Shown here piece after piece: positions 31,043 to 41,715 of a DNA stretch of 64,000 nt (position 1 is its first letter; the number at the start of each line of letters is the position of its first letter). The DNA is from an uncultured Gemmatimonadales bacterium. Its GTDB lineage: Bacteria > Gemmatimonadota > Gemmatimonadetes > Longimicrobiales > Gaopeijiaceae. Location: the NCBI GenBank assembly GCA_963823035.1, contig CAWGKG010000018.1, positions 288,001 to 352,000 of the forward strand, written 5' to 3'. Under the pieces are notes generated by a model. The model was not told where the DNA came from. It did no database searches and worked only from the letters and a program-made list of their open reading frames with translations. Both the position numbers and the translations under genes were made by a program.

Positions 31043-31708
31043 TCAGTCTTCGTCCTCGTCCCCGCCCTCTCCGACGACCTCGGGCTCGGCCGCCTCACCT
31101 GGCTCGACACCCTCCTCACCTTCCGCGCCCTCCTCGATGGCGGCACGCGGCGCCGAGACCAGACACAGCGTCCGATCCAGATCGATCGTCGGCTCCACGC
31201 CCTCGGGCAGCTGGATGTCCTCCAGGTGGAGGGAGTCGTCGATGTCCAACGCGCTCACGTCCACCTCGATGATCTCGGGGATCAAGTGGGGGAGGCAGCG
31301 CACCGGCAACTCGTGGATGATCTGCTCCAGCACGCCGCCGGACTGCTTCACGCCCACCGGGGTGCCGACCAGCTCGACCGGCACCTCGACGTCCACCACC
31401 ACGTCGCTCTGGATGCGCAGGAAGTCGACGTGGACCACCTCGTATCGGTATGCGTGGCTCTGGATCTCGCGCACGAGGATCTGGTGCCTCTCCCCTTCGC
31501 CCTCGATCTCCAGCTCCACGATCGTGTTCTCGACCGAGATCGACTGGAAGAGGCGCTCGACCTCCATGGCGTCGAGGGAGAGGGACACCGATTCCATGTC
31601 CTTGCCGTAGAGCACGGCGGGCACCCGCCCGGTCCGGCGGAGCTTGCGCGCCGCGCCCTTCCCTCCCGCCTCGCGCTTCGAGGCCTTGAGGCTCTTCGTG
31701 ATCGTCAT
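31043..31708 (-). CDS. rplY: 50S ribosomal protein bL25/Ctc (long form)
   Basis: GKGAARKLRRTGRVPAVLYG, HVDF, GVKQSGG, acidic tail. Confidence 0.95.
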   Translation of the reverse strand: MTITKSLKASKREAGGKGAARKLRRTGRVPAVLYGKDMESVSLSLDAMEVERLFQSISVENTIVELEIEGEGERHQILVREIQSHAYRYEVVHVDFLRIQSDVVVDVEVPVELVGTPVGVKQSGGVLEQIIHELPVRCLPHLIPEIIEVDVSALDIDDSLHLEDIQLPEGVEPTIDLDRTLCLVSAPRAAIEEGAEGEEGVEPGEAAEPEVVGEGGDEDED

Positions 31709-31723
31709 GTCGTACCGCCCGCT

Positions 31724-32689
31724 TCAGTTGTCCGGAGTGATCTCGAAGAGCTGGCTCACAGACTCGTTCGAGTGGATATGGTCGATGGCCTTCGACAGCA
31801 GGTCCGCCACCGAGAGGATGCGCAGCCCGGGGAAGCGTCGCTCCTCCGGGACGTGAATCGTGTTCGTCACCACCATCTCCTCGAGCGGCGCCTCGGCCAG
31901 CCTTTCGGCAGCCGGGCCGGAGAGGAGTGCGTGCGTCGCGCACGCGTACACCGCCTTCGCGCCACGGTCGCGCAGCGCGTGCACCGCGTTGGCGAGGGTG
32001 CCGCCCGTGTCGACCATGTCGTCGGCAAGGAGACACGTCCGTCCGTCCACCTCACCCACGACGTTGAGCACCTCGGCCACGTTCGCGGCCGGGCGGCGCT
32101 TGTCGATGATGGCCAATGTGGCGCCCAGGCGCTTGGCGAATCCGCGCGCCATCTTCGCCGAGCCCACGTCCGGAGCGACCACCACCAGGTCCTCCAGCTC
32201 GAGGTCCCGGAAGTACTTGGTGAGGACCGGGGCGGCGTAGAGGTGATCCACCGGAATGTCGAAGAACCCCTGGATCTGGTGCTGGTGGAAGTCGATCGAC
32301 ACGACGCGGTCGGCGCCGGCCGCGACGATCACGTTGGCCGCGAGCTTCGCGCCGATGGCGACCCGGGGCTGGTCCTTGCGGTCCTGACGACCGTATCCGA
32401 AGTACGGCACCACCGCCGTCACCCTGGCCGCCGAAGCGCGCTTCGCCGCGTCGATCAGGAGCAGGAGCTCCATGATGTTGTCGGCCGGTGAGGTGGTAGG
32501 CTGGATGATGAAGACGTCCCTTCCGCGCGCGTTGCGGTCGATGCGAACGAAGATCTCGCCGTCCGCGAAGTTCCGGATCGTGACGCCATCGGGCGACTTG
32601 CCGATCTGCTCACCGATCTCGGCGGCGAGCGGCTTGTTGGCCCGGCCGGCGAGGAGGAGGAGCGGTCCTCGTCTGAAGGTGTCGTCCAT
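31724..32689 (-). CDS. prs: Ribose-phosphate pyrophosphokinase
   Basis: FADGEI, PYFGYGRQDRK, VAPDVG, DDMVDTGGT, ATHA; ATG at 32689. Confidence 0.96.
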   Translation of the reverse strand: MDDTFRRGPLLLLAGRANKPLAAEIGEQIGKSPDGVTIRNFADGEIFVRIDRNARGRDVFIIQPTTSPADNIMELLLLIDAAKRASAARVTAVVPYFGYGRQDRKDQPRVAIGAKLAANVIVAAGADRVVSIDFHQHQIQGFFDIPVDHLYAAPVLTKYFRDLELEDLVVVAPDVGSAKMARGFAKRLGATLAIIDKRRPAANVAEVLNVVGEVDGRTCLLADDMVDTGGTLANAVHALRDRGAKAVYACATHALLSGPAAERLAEAPLEEMVVTNTIHVPEERRFPGLRILSVADLLSKAIDHIHSNESVSQLFEITPDN

Positions 32690-32753
32690 GGATCCGGGGG
32701 CTGTGCAGCTGAAGGTGTCGCCGGTGTCCGGCGCGAAACCCTGAGAGCCCGAA

Positions 32754-32782
32754 AACCTAGAAAAGGCGCGACAAATCGTCAA
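32754..32782 (-). promoter_or_regulatory. Sigma70-type promoter of prs-rplY-pth
   Basis: TTGACG-N17-TAGGTT in an AT-richer intergenic patch. Confidence 0.6.
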
Positions 32783-32817
32783 TGCGAAGGCCGGACCGGC
32801 ACGGGCCGCCGGTCCCG

Positions 32818-34628
32818 CTATCGGTGGATCTCGATCTCCGTCCCGGAGATCAACTCGCCCCGTCCGCTGATCCTCGCGCGCAAGCGCAAAACGTAGGTGC
32901 CAGGCTCCACTTCGGGGAAATTCAGGGAAACGTGGCGGAGCTGCGTAGACGGCCGCTCGGGACCCGGTTCCTCCCAGCTGAGCTCCAGCGGGCGGTTCCG
33001 GCCGACCAGGCCCAGGCCCTCGCCCAGCCGGCGGAAGAGACCCCGGTCGGCCGACTCCAGGGAAAGATCGTACCGAACGGTAGCCGGGGACCACCCCAGG
33101 CCGTTCAGCTCCCACACGACCCCGATCGACGCGTCGGGATCCAGCACGCGGTGCACGAGCGCGCGGCCCACCGCTTCCTCCAGCGACGCCGGGGCGGCGG
33201 CTGCCGTCGTCGACGAGGAGGAGGTCGGAGAGCGTCGCCACGTCCGGGGGCACGGTGTCCCGGCGGATGCCGACGCGCGTTCTCCCCTCCAACCGCGCCG
33301 GCGGGCTCCACGACTCGGCGGAGGCGACCCAGGCGCCCGCCGGAGCCTCGACGACGAGACGGGCGTCTCCCGGACCGACCCGCGTACGATCCAGCATGGG
33401 GCCCCCTCCCGGCGACGGGCACGAGGAAGATCCCGGCCCGGTCGGGAAGGTCGGCCTGGTCTCCCGGGTCCATCCAGGGCCGCGGCCCGTCGTCCCCGGC
33501 GTGGAGCGTGGTGTCGGGGGGCACGAAGGTGGTCGCCACGACGACCAGCCGATCGCCGCGCGGGAAGGCGGCGATCTGGCCGTCCATGGGGAGGATGACC
33601 GGAGCGTAGGCGGGCGTGTAGAGCGCCCGCGGTCGCTCCCACCCCGGCTGGAAGGCCTCGCGCGGGGCCTCGGCCGGGTCACGCATCGCCTCCTCGCCCG
33701 GCATGTACTCGCGCCCCGCCGGATGCTGGTGTCCCACGACGCCGCTCTCGTCCAGACGCAAGCCGCGGATCCGCTCCCACCCGACCTCCCAACCGAAACG
33801 CAGGAGGAGCTGATCCATGTCGCTCCCCCACCGGATCTGGTGCGGATTGCGCGCGTCCTTCCGGATCGCGGCGACGGTCCAGCGCGCGTAGTGCTCGGTC
33901 TTGCGGTCGTTTCCCGGGACGAGGTAGGAAGGGTCCGCCAGCGTCCAGAGGCGCGACCGTATCCCCTCTCGCTCCTCCTCCGCCGCGTCGTCCAGCACGT
34001 CGCGCGCGCCGCTGCGCAGCACCCGCCCCGGCGCCCGCCACCGGGCCGCTTCTTCCGGGTCCATGGTGGCGAGCGCGCGGTCGAAGGCCCGCTCCGCGTC
34101 TTCGAAGCGTCCCATGCCGTGCAGGGCCAGCCCCTCCAGGGCCGCGCACCACCAGCCCTCCACCGGCCCGCACGCGCGAGCGTTGTCCAGCGCCTCCCCC
34201 CACCGTCCGGCCTCCCCCCGGTACCAGACGCGCTGGCCGAGCACCCACCCGTCCGCGGGGGTCAGGGCCTGCACGGAGTCCAGGTAGGCGAGCAACTCGT
34301 CCCGGATCGGCGCCACGCCCTCGGGCTCGACGATCGGCTTCTCCTCGCCCTCGTCGAACCAGAGGCAGAAGCGCCCCACGATCTCGTCGCATCGGTCGCC
34401 GCCACGCGCCGCGCCGAGCGCGTACGGGAGCAACCGATGGCGCCGGCGCTCGAAGTTGGCCTGTTCCCGTCGGGCGCGCCCGTGCACGTCGGCCGAGTCC
34501 ACCACCTCGGGCAGGGGTGCCTCGTCCCTCCCCACGACCTGAGCGGCCACGGGGGCGGGCACCGCATCCGCGAGCATCGCCAGGACGGCGAGGGCCCACG
34601 CGGTGGTGGGAGTCGGCGTGAAGGTCAT
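32818..34628 (-). CDS. Secreted TPR/GWxTD-like protein of about 600 aa; two +1 frameshifts (near 33405 and 33200)
   Basis: Signal peptide ending VAAQ; TPR-like helix pair; LWTLADP..NDRKTEHYAR; C-terminal Ig-like PGTYVLRL; three frame segments join with a net +2. Confidence 0.65.
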
Positions 34629-34648
34629 GGGCAGTCGAGCGCAGGGGA

Positions 34649-34719
34649 TTGGCCCGGGTGGATTCGAACCACCACCGCCGGTTCCAAAGACCGGTGTCCT
34701 GCCATTAGACGACGGGCCA
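34649..34719 (-). tRNA. tRNA-Gln(UUG); CCA not encoded
   Basis: TGGCCCG acceptor stem; D-arm GTCTAATGGCAGGAC; anticodon arm CCGGT-CTTTGGA-ACCGG; T-arm GGTTCGAATCC. Confidence 0.96.
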
Positions 34720-34750
34720 GTCGAGCGTGAGATCACAGAACGCCGCGACC

Positions 34751-34780
34751 ATCCTACCCGTCGCGGTGGGGGGCGTTCAA
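34751..34780 (-). promoter_or_regulatory. Candidate promoter of tRNA-Gln
   Basis: TTGAAC-N18-TAGGAT. Confidence 0.5.
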
Positions 34781-34826
34781 CCCCTGTGGCCGCCGTCCAC
34801 GTCCCGGCACATGCGTTGCGACCGGT

Positions 34827-35733
34827 TCAGGCCGGGCGTACCTCGACGGGCTCCGGGAGTGCGGACAGCGTGCGGGCCACCTCGACGGGCCACCCGAGAC
34901 GGTCGCGCAGCGAGTCGGCGACCCGCAGGGCGTCGGCAGGCTCGGCGAAGATCCCGAAGCACGCGCCCCCGCTCCCGGACAGCAGCCCCGGCGCCGCGCC
35001 CGCCGCCCGCAGCGCGGTGAGTGCCCGGTCGACTTCCGGATAGGCCGCCGGGATCACCGACTCGAAGTCGTTGCAGGCCGCCGCGGCCACCTCCTCCCAC
35101 GATGCGGGTGCGTCGGCGAAGGTGCCCCAGCAAGGCGGATCGCCGCCCACCATGCGCATTCGGGCGAGCGCAGCGTACGCGCCCCCCGTCCCGACGTGGA
35201 CGGGTGGCATGACGATGACGACCGACGCCTCCGGGAGCGCCGGCAGGGGCTCGAGCCGCTCGCCGCGTCCCCTTCCCCACGCCAGCGCCCCGGACCCGAG
35301 GAAGAACGGCACGTCCGAGCCGAGCGCCACGCCCAACCCGGCCAGAGCCTCCGCCCCCAGCGGCGCGCCGAGGAGGGCGTTGCCGAGACGCAGCACGGCG
35401 GCCGCGTCGGACGAGCCTCCCCCCATCCCCGCCCCGGCGGGGATCCGCTTCTCCAGCCGAATGCGCAGTCCCGTGTCCGCGCCGCTCGCCTCGAGGAGGG
35501 CGCGCCCCGCGCGGTGGGCCAGGTTCTCGTGGACCGGCCCGAGGTCGGCGCCCGTCACGTCGAGGGTAACGTCCGCCCCACCCGATCTCCACCACCACGC
35601 GGTCCGAGAGCGCCACGGCCTGGAAGAGCGTCTCGATGTCGTGGTAGCCGTCCTCGCGCCTCCCGAGGACGCGCAGGACGAGGTTCACCTTCGCGGGCGC
35701 GTCCAGCGCGAGGGGGACGGCGGACCCGCTCAC
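34827..35733 (-). CDS. ispE: 4-diphosphocytidyl-2-C-methyl-D-erythritol kinase; +1 frameshift near 35580
   Basis: [27 protein letters not shown] in one frame; [33 protein letters not shown] in the next. Confidence 0.93.
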
Positions 35734-36800
35734 GCGCGCCCCTCGGGGGCCCGCAGCGGCGCGACCGGAGCGGCCTCGATCACCCGTTCCACGCGCTCCT
35801 CGGACGCGCCCACCTCCCCCAGGGTGAGACCGAGCCGCCACGCATAGGCGAGGCCGATGAGGGTGATCACGACCCACCCCCCGAAGTGGTACCCGAACGC
35901 GAAGGCGAGGGCGCGCGAGCTGTCCACACCGTAGACCGACTCGAGCGCGAAGCCGGCGGAGGCGTGGAAGGTGCCGAAGAAGCCGGGCGCCGCCGGCACC
36001 GCTACGCCGAAGCCGACGACCGCCTCGGTGAACCACGCGGAGACCAGGCCGGTCTCGATGCCGAAGGCCTTCATCCCCAGCCAGAAGGAGAGCCCGTGGA
36101 ACAGCCAGAAGAAGGCGGTCCACACGAAGCCGAGCGCCAGCAGCGTGGGCGAGCGCAGGATCGCGATGGCGTCGAGCAGGGCCTTCAGCGCGTCCACGAA
36201 CGGGCGCCCCATCGCCTCGGGGAGATGCGCGGCCACGCGCTCAGCGCCGCGCACGAAGGCCCTCGGCCAGAGTGCCATCCCCACGAGGAGGACCATGACG
36301 ATCACCACGGCGACCGCCCCGCCGCGCAACAGCCCGGCCCCGGTCCCCTCGGAGAGAGCGCCCGTGGTCGGGAAGCCCGGGGTCAGCACGGGCACGACCA
36401 GGAGGACGAGCAGCACCACGCCGTCCATGAAGCGCTCGACCACGAGGGAGCCGAAGGCCGCGCTGGCCGAAACCGGCTCGAGGCGGCTGAGCGCGTACGC
36501 ACGGGCGAACTCCCCGACGCGCGCCGGCAGCAGGTTGTTCGCCATGAAGCCGATGTTCACGGCCGCGAAGCGCGAGCGGAGCGTCGTTCCGGGCGCGACC
36601 GGCTGGAGCAGGACCTTCCAGCGCATCGCCCGCAGGAGGTAGCCGGCCGTGGCCACCGCGATGGCCGCCGACAGGAGGACGAGATCGCCCTCCCGGATGT
36701 TCCCCCAGATCTCGCCGAAGTCCTCGCCGCGCAGTACCCACCAGAGGGCGAGGACGGTGACGCTCAGACCGAGCGCGGTCTTGCCCCAGTGTCGCCTCAC
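35730..36800 (-). CDS. Lysylphosphatidylglycerol synthase TM-domain / flippase-like protein (UPF0104)
   Basis: [46 protein letters not shown]. Confidence 0.88.
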   Translation of the reverse strand: MRRHWGKTALGLSVTVLALWWVLRGEDFGEIWGNIREGDLVLLSAAIAVATAGYLLRAMRWKVLLQPVAPGTTLRSRFAAVNIGFMANNLLPARVGEFARAYALSRLEPVSASAAFGSLVVERFMDGVVLLVLLVVPVLTPGFPTTGALSEGTGAGLLRGGAVAVVIVMVLLVGMALWPRAFVRGAERVAAHLPEAMGRPFVDALKALLDAIAILRSPTLLALGFVWTAFFWLFHGLSFWLGMKAFGIETGLVSAWFTEAVVGFGVAVPAAPGFFGTFHASAGFALESVYGVDSSRALAFAFGYHFGGWVVITLIGLAYAWRLGLTLGEVGASEERVERVIEAAPVAPLRAPEGRA

Positions 36801-37535
36801 CGCGGCGCCCGCGCGCGCCGGATGAGTGTGGCCATCTCGCGTACCGCCGCCTCGAACCCGGTGAAGAGGGCACGCGCCACGATGCTGTGGCCGATGTTCA
36901 GCTCCTCGACCTCCGGGATCGCCGCGATCGGCTGTGACGTTCTCGTAGGTGAGGCCGTGGCCGGCGTGCACGTCGAGGTTCAGCTTCCGCGCCAGCGACG
37001 CGGCAGCGTTGACACGGGCAACCTGCCTCCGGCGCTCGTCGCCGCGGGTGTTCGCGTACTCGCCGGTGTGCAGCTCGACCGCGTCCGCGCCCAGGTCCAC
37101 CGATGCCCGGATGGCGGCCTCGTCCGGCCCGATGAAGAGCGACGTCCGGATACCCGCCTCCCGGAGACGCCGCAACGCGGACTCCACCGCGGACCGCTTC
37201 GGCGAGGTCGTGAGGTCCAGCCCCCCCTCCGTGGTGATCTCCTCCCGCTTCTCCGGCACGAGCGTGGCCTGCATCGGGATCCACGAGCACGCCAGGTCGA
37301 CGATCTCCGAGGAGGCCGCAAGCTCCAGGTTCACGCCCGTGCGCACCGTCTCCATGAGGAGCGCGACGTCGCGGTCCTGGATGTGGCGGCGGTCCTCCCG
37401 CAGGTGGACCGTGATGCCGTCCGCTCCCGCCATCTCCACGAGCACCGCTGCACGCACGGGGTCGGGCTCGTCGGTCCGGCGTGCCTGCCGGACCGTCGCC
37501 ACGTGGTCGATGTTCACGCACAAGCGCATGTTCAT
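36797..37535 (-). CDS. pdxJ: Pyridoxine 5'-phosphate synthase; +1 frameshift near 36933
   Basis: [38 protein letters not shown]; then [13 protein letters not shown] in the shifted frame. Confidence 0.93.
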
Positions 37536-38411
37536 GTGCCACTCCCGTTCTCGAAGATCTCCATCAACTCGCGTCGTCGGTCCTCGTCCAGGCGCCCCGC
37601 GGACAGCGCGACCAGGGAACGCCCCAGGAGGGCATAGAGCCGACGATCCGCGGGGTCGACAGCGCGCAGGTGCATCCCCACGGTGTCGACGTCTCCCTGC
37701 GGCACAGGCCCCGTGACGGCGGCCTCCAGCCCACCCTCCTCGATGTTCGCGAGCGTCCCGCGCACGAGTGGGAGGAGGGCGGCGAGCGACTCGTCGTGCG
37801 ACACGCCGGCCCGTTCGAGCATGCGCATGGCCGCGTCCAGGACGGGAGGAAGGAAGTTGGCCGCGGTCACGGCGGCCGCGTGGAAAAGCGGCCTGCGCGC
37901 CTCGGGCACGGTCAACGACCGGCGAGCCCAGCGCGGCGGCCAGCCGCCGCGCCACGGCGAGTGCCTCCGGGGCACCCGTCACCGCCAGGTAGGAGCCCGG
38001 GATGCGCTCGGCTCCGGTCACGGGGTTCGAGATCGCCTGCAGCGGATGGAACGAGCCGATCGCGTAGCCCTGGGCGTGCAGAGGCGCGAGCACTTCCGTG
38101 GACAGCGCGCCGGAGAGGTGGAACGCCGCGCACCCCTCGGGCGCCCCGCCCTGACCGGCCAACGCGTGCGCCATCTCGGGGACGACGTGATCGGGCACCG
38201 CGAGGAAGACGGCCGCCGTGTCGGGACGCGGTCGCTCCAGCCCGAAGCAGTAGGAGGCGAGACCCTGGATGAAGAGGGGATACGCCGGCGGCTCGGGCCT
38301 CCGCCCGCACACCGTCAAAGCCTCGACAGCGTTGGACTCCAGGAGGGCGTGCCCGAGCGCGACCCCCATGCGGCCCGGCCCCACGATCAGCACGTGTCCG
38401 ACCGCGCTCAC
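37532..38411 (-). CDS. Rossmann-like + DUF2520 oxidoreductase (PanG-like); +1 frameshift near 37915
   Basis: VGPGRMG, LAVPD, HLSGA, SFHPLQ; then [10 protein letters not shown] and TGPV..GDVDTV..HL. Confidence 0.85.
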
Positions 38412-39709
38412 GCCACTTCCTGCACGTTCGTGCCGGGCCGTTCCTGCAGGCCGCGCAGCACCGCGCGCGAAACGCGCACCGTGACCGAGACGGTTCCATC
38501 CTCGTCGGCCCGGCTCAGCACCTCTCCCTCCCGATAGAGGCGCGCCAACGTTTCGCCGTCCCACGACGGGATGCGCACCACCACGTGTGCCAGGCGCGCT
38601 CGAATCCTCGCCTTGAGGGTCTCGCGCAGCGCCTCCAGCGACTCCGGCTGGAGCGCGGAGACGAACACGGCAGGTGCGGACTCGAGCGCGCGCACGCGGT
38701 CGCGCAACGCATGCTCCTCGGCATGCGTGAGGCGGTCCACCTTGTTGAAGACCATGAGCCGTTCCGCTTCGGCCAGCCCGAGATCGTGCAGCACCTCACG
38801 TACCACCTGGCGCTGCTCCTCCCAGTCCGGATGCGAGGCGTCAATGACGTGCATCAGGATGTCGGCCTCGCGGGCCTCCTCCAACGTGGAGCGGAACGAC
38901 GCCACCAGGTGGTGGGGCAACTTGCGGATGAAGCCGACCGTGTCGGTGACGAGCGCGGCGTGTCCGGAGCCCAGGTCGACCGTACGCGTGGCCGAGTCCA
39001 GCGTGGCGAACAGGCGGTCCTCCACGAAGAGGTCCGCCCCGGAGAGGGCCCGCAGCAGCGACGACTTCCCCGCGTTCGTGTAGCCGACCAGCGCGGCGCG
39101 GAACTGCCCCTTCCTGGACTTCCGTTGCTGCTCGCGCGACTTCGCGACCTCGCCGAGCTTCTCTCTCAGGTCCGAGATGCGCGTCCCGATGAGGCGGCGG
39201 TCCGTCTCCAGCTGCGTCTCACCCGGTCCGCGCAGGCCGATGCCGCCGCGGATGCGGGAGAGGTGGCTCCACATGCGGCGCAGGCGCGGCAGGAGGTACT
39301 CGAGCTGGGCGAGCTCCACCTGCATGCGCGCTTCCCGCGAACGCGCGCGGGTGGCGAAGATGTCGAGGATGAGCTCGGAGCGGTCCATGACCCGCACGCC
39401 GATGAGGTCCTCGAGGTTCTTCCCCTGCGCGGGGCTCAGCTCCTCGTCGAACACGACCAGATCCGCGGAGCAGGCGTCCACCAGGCCCTTCAGCTCCTCG
39501 GCCTTTCCCTCCCCGATGTAGAAACGCGGGTGGGGGTGCGGCAGGCGCTGTCTCAGCCGTCCCACCACGGTCCCTCCCGCGGTGTCGGTGAGCCGTCCCA
39601 ACTCCTCCAGATGTTCGTCCGCGAGCCGAGGGTCGAGATCGCGCTCCGGCGCCCCCACGAGGATCACCTTGTCCACCGGGGTTCGCATGTCGATGAGCTG
39701 GGTCGGAAT
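38408..39709 (-). CDS. hflX: GTPase HflX (probable ATT start at 39709; first in-frame ATG at 39688)
   Basis: [51 protein letters not shown]. Confidence 0.95.
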   Translation of the reverse strand: MPTQLIDMRTPVDKVILVGAPERDLDPRLADEHLEELGRLTDTAGGTVVGRLRQRLPHPHPRFYIGEGKAEELKGLVDACSADLVVFDEELSPAQGKNLEDLIGVRVMDRSELILDIFATRARSREARMQVELAQLEYLLPRLRRMWSHLSRIRGGIGLRGPGETQLETDRRLIGTRISDLREKLGEVAKSREQQRKSRKGQFRAALVGYTNAGKSSLLRALSGADLFVEDRLFATLDSATRTVDLGSGHAALVTDTVGFIRKLPHHLVASFRSTLEEAREADILMHVIDASHPDWEEQRQVVREVLHDLGLAEAERLMVFNKVDRLTHAEEHALRDRVRALESAPAVFVSALQPESLEALRETLKARIRARLAHVVVRIPSWDGETLARLYREGEVLSRADEDGTVSVTVRVSRAVLRGLQERPGTNVQEVA

Positions 39710-39767
39710 CCTGCACCTCCTGGGAGAAGAAGGCCGCCGGAACTCGGCGACCTGATCGGGAGCCCGG

Positions 39768-40277
39768 CTACGGCCGGAACACGCCCCGCCGGTCGAACGG
39801 GACACGAACCCGACGCGGTGCGGTGACCTGGAGCTCCCCCGTGAAACGATACTCAAGCTCCCCGCGGCGTAGAAGACGTCCCAGAGCGGTTCCGAGAGGC
39901 GCCATGTCGAACGGCACGTCCAGCTCGACGGACGCGGTGTCTCCCGCGGGAATCGACACCCTGCGGTCGTCCCTTCCGTCGGCGAGCGTCACCCATCGGC
40001 CCTCTCCTCCGGCGCCGTCGGAGAACTGGAGTCGATACCGGAAGCCCTCGCTCTCGAGCGCGTAGTCGTTGGGGTTGTCGACGGACAGCGTCACCCCGAC
40101 CGTCCCCCCGCCGAGCCCGATGGACCCGAGGCGCAATTCAGCCACGCCCAGCGTCGGCTGCTGGAAGGCCAGACACCCCGAGGCCACCACGGCGAGCAGC
40201 AGCGCGGGCACGAGACGCGCCGCCCTGTCGGCCCCGTGTCCGGGGCCCGCCCGCCCGTTCCCCGCCCGACGGCGCAT
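39768..40277 (-). CDS. LEA type 2 (WHy-domain) lipoprotein
   Basis: Lipobox VASG-C; LSVDNPNDYAL motif; start uncertain. Confidence 0.75.
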   Translation of the reverse strand: MRRRAGNGRAGPGHGADRAARLVPALLLAVVASGCLAFQQPTLGVAELRLGSIGLGGGTVGVTLSVDNPNDYALESEGFRYRLQFSDGAGGEGRWVTLADGRDDRRVSIPAGDTASVELDVPFDMAPLGTALGRLLRRGELEYRFTGELQVTAPRRVRVPFDRRGVFRP

Positions 40278-40281
40278 GCCG

Positions 40282-41715
40282 TCAGGTACCCACCGACTCG
40301 TCTTCGTCACCGACCTCTCCGCCCTCCTCGGGATCTGGACCCTTCGCATCGCGCTCCGCCGCCTCCCGGCGCTTGGCCTCCCACCACTCAAGGCGGGCGG
40401 CCACGGTCTTCTCGTGTCCGAACCGGCTCGGGTCGTAGAACCGCTCGCCCGCGAGCCGATCGGGGAGGTACCGCTGGGCCGAGATGCCGTCCCGCTCCGC
40501 GGGATCGTACCGGTACCCCTTTCCATACCCCAGATCCTTCATCAAGGATGTCGGAGCGTTGCGGATGTGCAGGGGGACGGGCTCTCCCGGGGTCTCCCTG
40601 GCACGCGCGAGCGCGGCCCCCCACGCCGCGTAGGCCCGGTTGGATTTGGGCGCCGTCGCCAGGTAGAGGACCGCCTCCGCGAGCGCCAGCTCGCCCTCGG
40701 GCGATCCGAGGAAGTGGAAGGCGTCGCGAGCCGCGATCGTCACCGGCAGCGCGTCCGGATCGGCCAGGCCGACGTCCTCCGCGGCCATCCGCACCATGCG
40801 GCGCGCGATGTAGAGCGGGTCCTCCCCGCCGTCGATCATCCGCGCCAGCCAGTAGAGCGCCCCGTCCGGGTCGCTGCCGCGCACCGCCTTGTGCAGCGCG
40901 GAGATCAGGTTGTAGTGCTCCTCACCCCCCTTGTCGTAGGTGGCGAAGCGGTGCTGGAGCGCCTCGCGCGCCTCGGTCACGCCGATGCGTCCACCCGTAC
41001 CGACGAGCCGGGCCGCGGCCTCGAGGACGTTCAGCGCGCGGCGCGCATCGCCGTCGGCCGCCTCCGCCACGAACGTCAGGGCCTCCTCGTCCGCTTCGAC
41101 CCCCGTCCCGGCCAGGCCGCGCTCGCCGGACGCGAGCGCCTCCTGCAGGATCGACTGGATCTCCGAGGCCTGGAGCGGACTCAGCACGTACACCGGCGCG
41201 CGGGACAGGAGGGGGCGAACCACCTCGAAGGAGGGGTTCTCCGTGGTGGCCCCGATGAGGATGATCGTCCCCGCCTCCACGTGCGGGAGGAAGGCGTCCT
41301 GCTGCGCCTTGTTGAAGCGATGGATCTCGTCGCAGAAGAGGATCGTGCGCCGACCGGTGGCGCGCAGACGCTCGGCCGCCTCCTTCACGATCTCGCGCAC
41401 CCGGCCGATGCCGTCGGTCACCGCGCTGAACGCGACGAAGGTCACGTCCGTCTCGTGCGCGACGATGCGCGCCAGCGTCGTCTTCCCGCTCCCGGGCGGG
41501 CCCCACAGGATCATGCTCGCCGGCTGATCGTTGTCGAGCATCGCGCGGATCGCCTTCCCCGCCCCGAGGAGGTGCTCCTGTCCGCGGAACTCCTCCAGCG
41601 TGCGGGGACGCATGCGCGCCGCCAGCGGTGCGCCAGGCCCCACCTCCCTGTCCGATGCGTGCGACCCTCCCCGCTCGGGGCCGTCCTCGCGGCCGAAGAG
41701 ATCCAGGTCAGCCAT
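40282..41715 (-). CDS. rarA: Replication-associated recombination protein A
   Basis: PLAARMRP, WGPPGSGKTT, DEIHRFNKAQQD, GATTENPSF, ISALHKAVRGSDPD, KSN. Confidence 0.96.
   Translation of the reverse strand: MADLDLFGREDGPERGGSHASDREVGPGAPLAARMRPRTLEEFRGQEHLLGAGKAIRAMLDNDQPASMILWGPPGSGKTTLARIVAHETDVTFVAFSAVTDGIGRVREIVKEAAERLRATGRRTILFCDEIHRFNKAQQDAFLPHVEAGTIILIGATTENPSFEVVRPLLSRAPVYVLSPLQASEIQSILQEALASGERGLAGTGVEADEEALTFVAEAADGDARRALNVLEAAARLVGTGGRIGVTEAREALQHRFATYDKGGEEHYNLISALHKAVRGSDPDGALYWLARMIDGGEDPLYIARRMVRMAAEDVGLADPDALPVTIAARDAFHFLGSPEGELALAEAVLYLATAPKSNRAYAAWGAALARARETPGEPVPLHIRNAPTSLMKDLGYGKGYRYDPAERDGISAQRYLPDRLAGERFYDPSRFGHEKTVAARLEWWEAKRREAAERDAKGPDPEEGGEVGDEDESVGT

Noticed and set aside
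32673..32720. 12-bp direct repeat CTGAAGGTGTCG around the prs start
   Set aside because: Only two copies, one inside the CDS, with no element between them; it could be chance or a small local duplication.
31724..33682. Prs with a roughly 330-aa N-terminal extension
   Set aside because: The extension is read-through from a frameshifted segment of the upstream gene; a promoter at 32754-32782 and ATG 32689 define prs.
34600..34720. tRNA-Gln as an island integration site
   Set aside because: No duplicated tRNA 3' end, integrase or compositional shift was seen downstream.
35730..38564. Apparent DUF2520-PdxJ-flippase triple fusion (944-aa ORF)
   Set aside because: Produced by two +1 indels; each gene's true C-terminus and stop lie in another frame with normal 4-bp overlaps.
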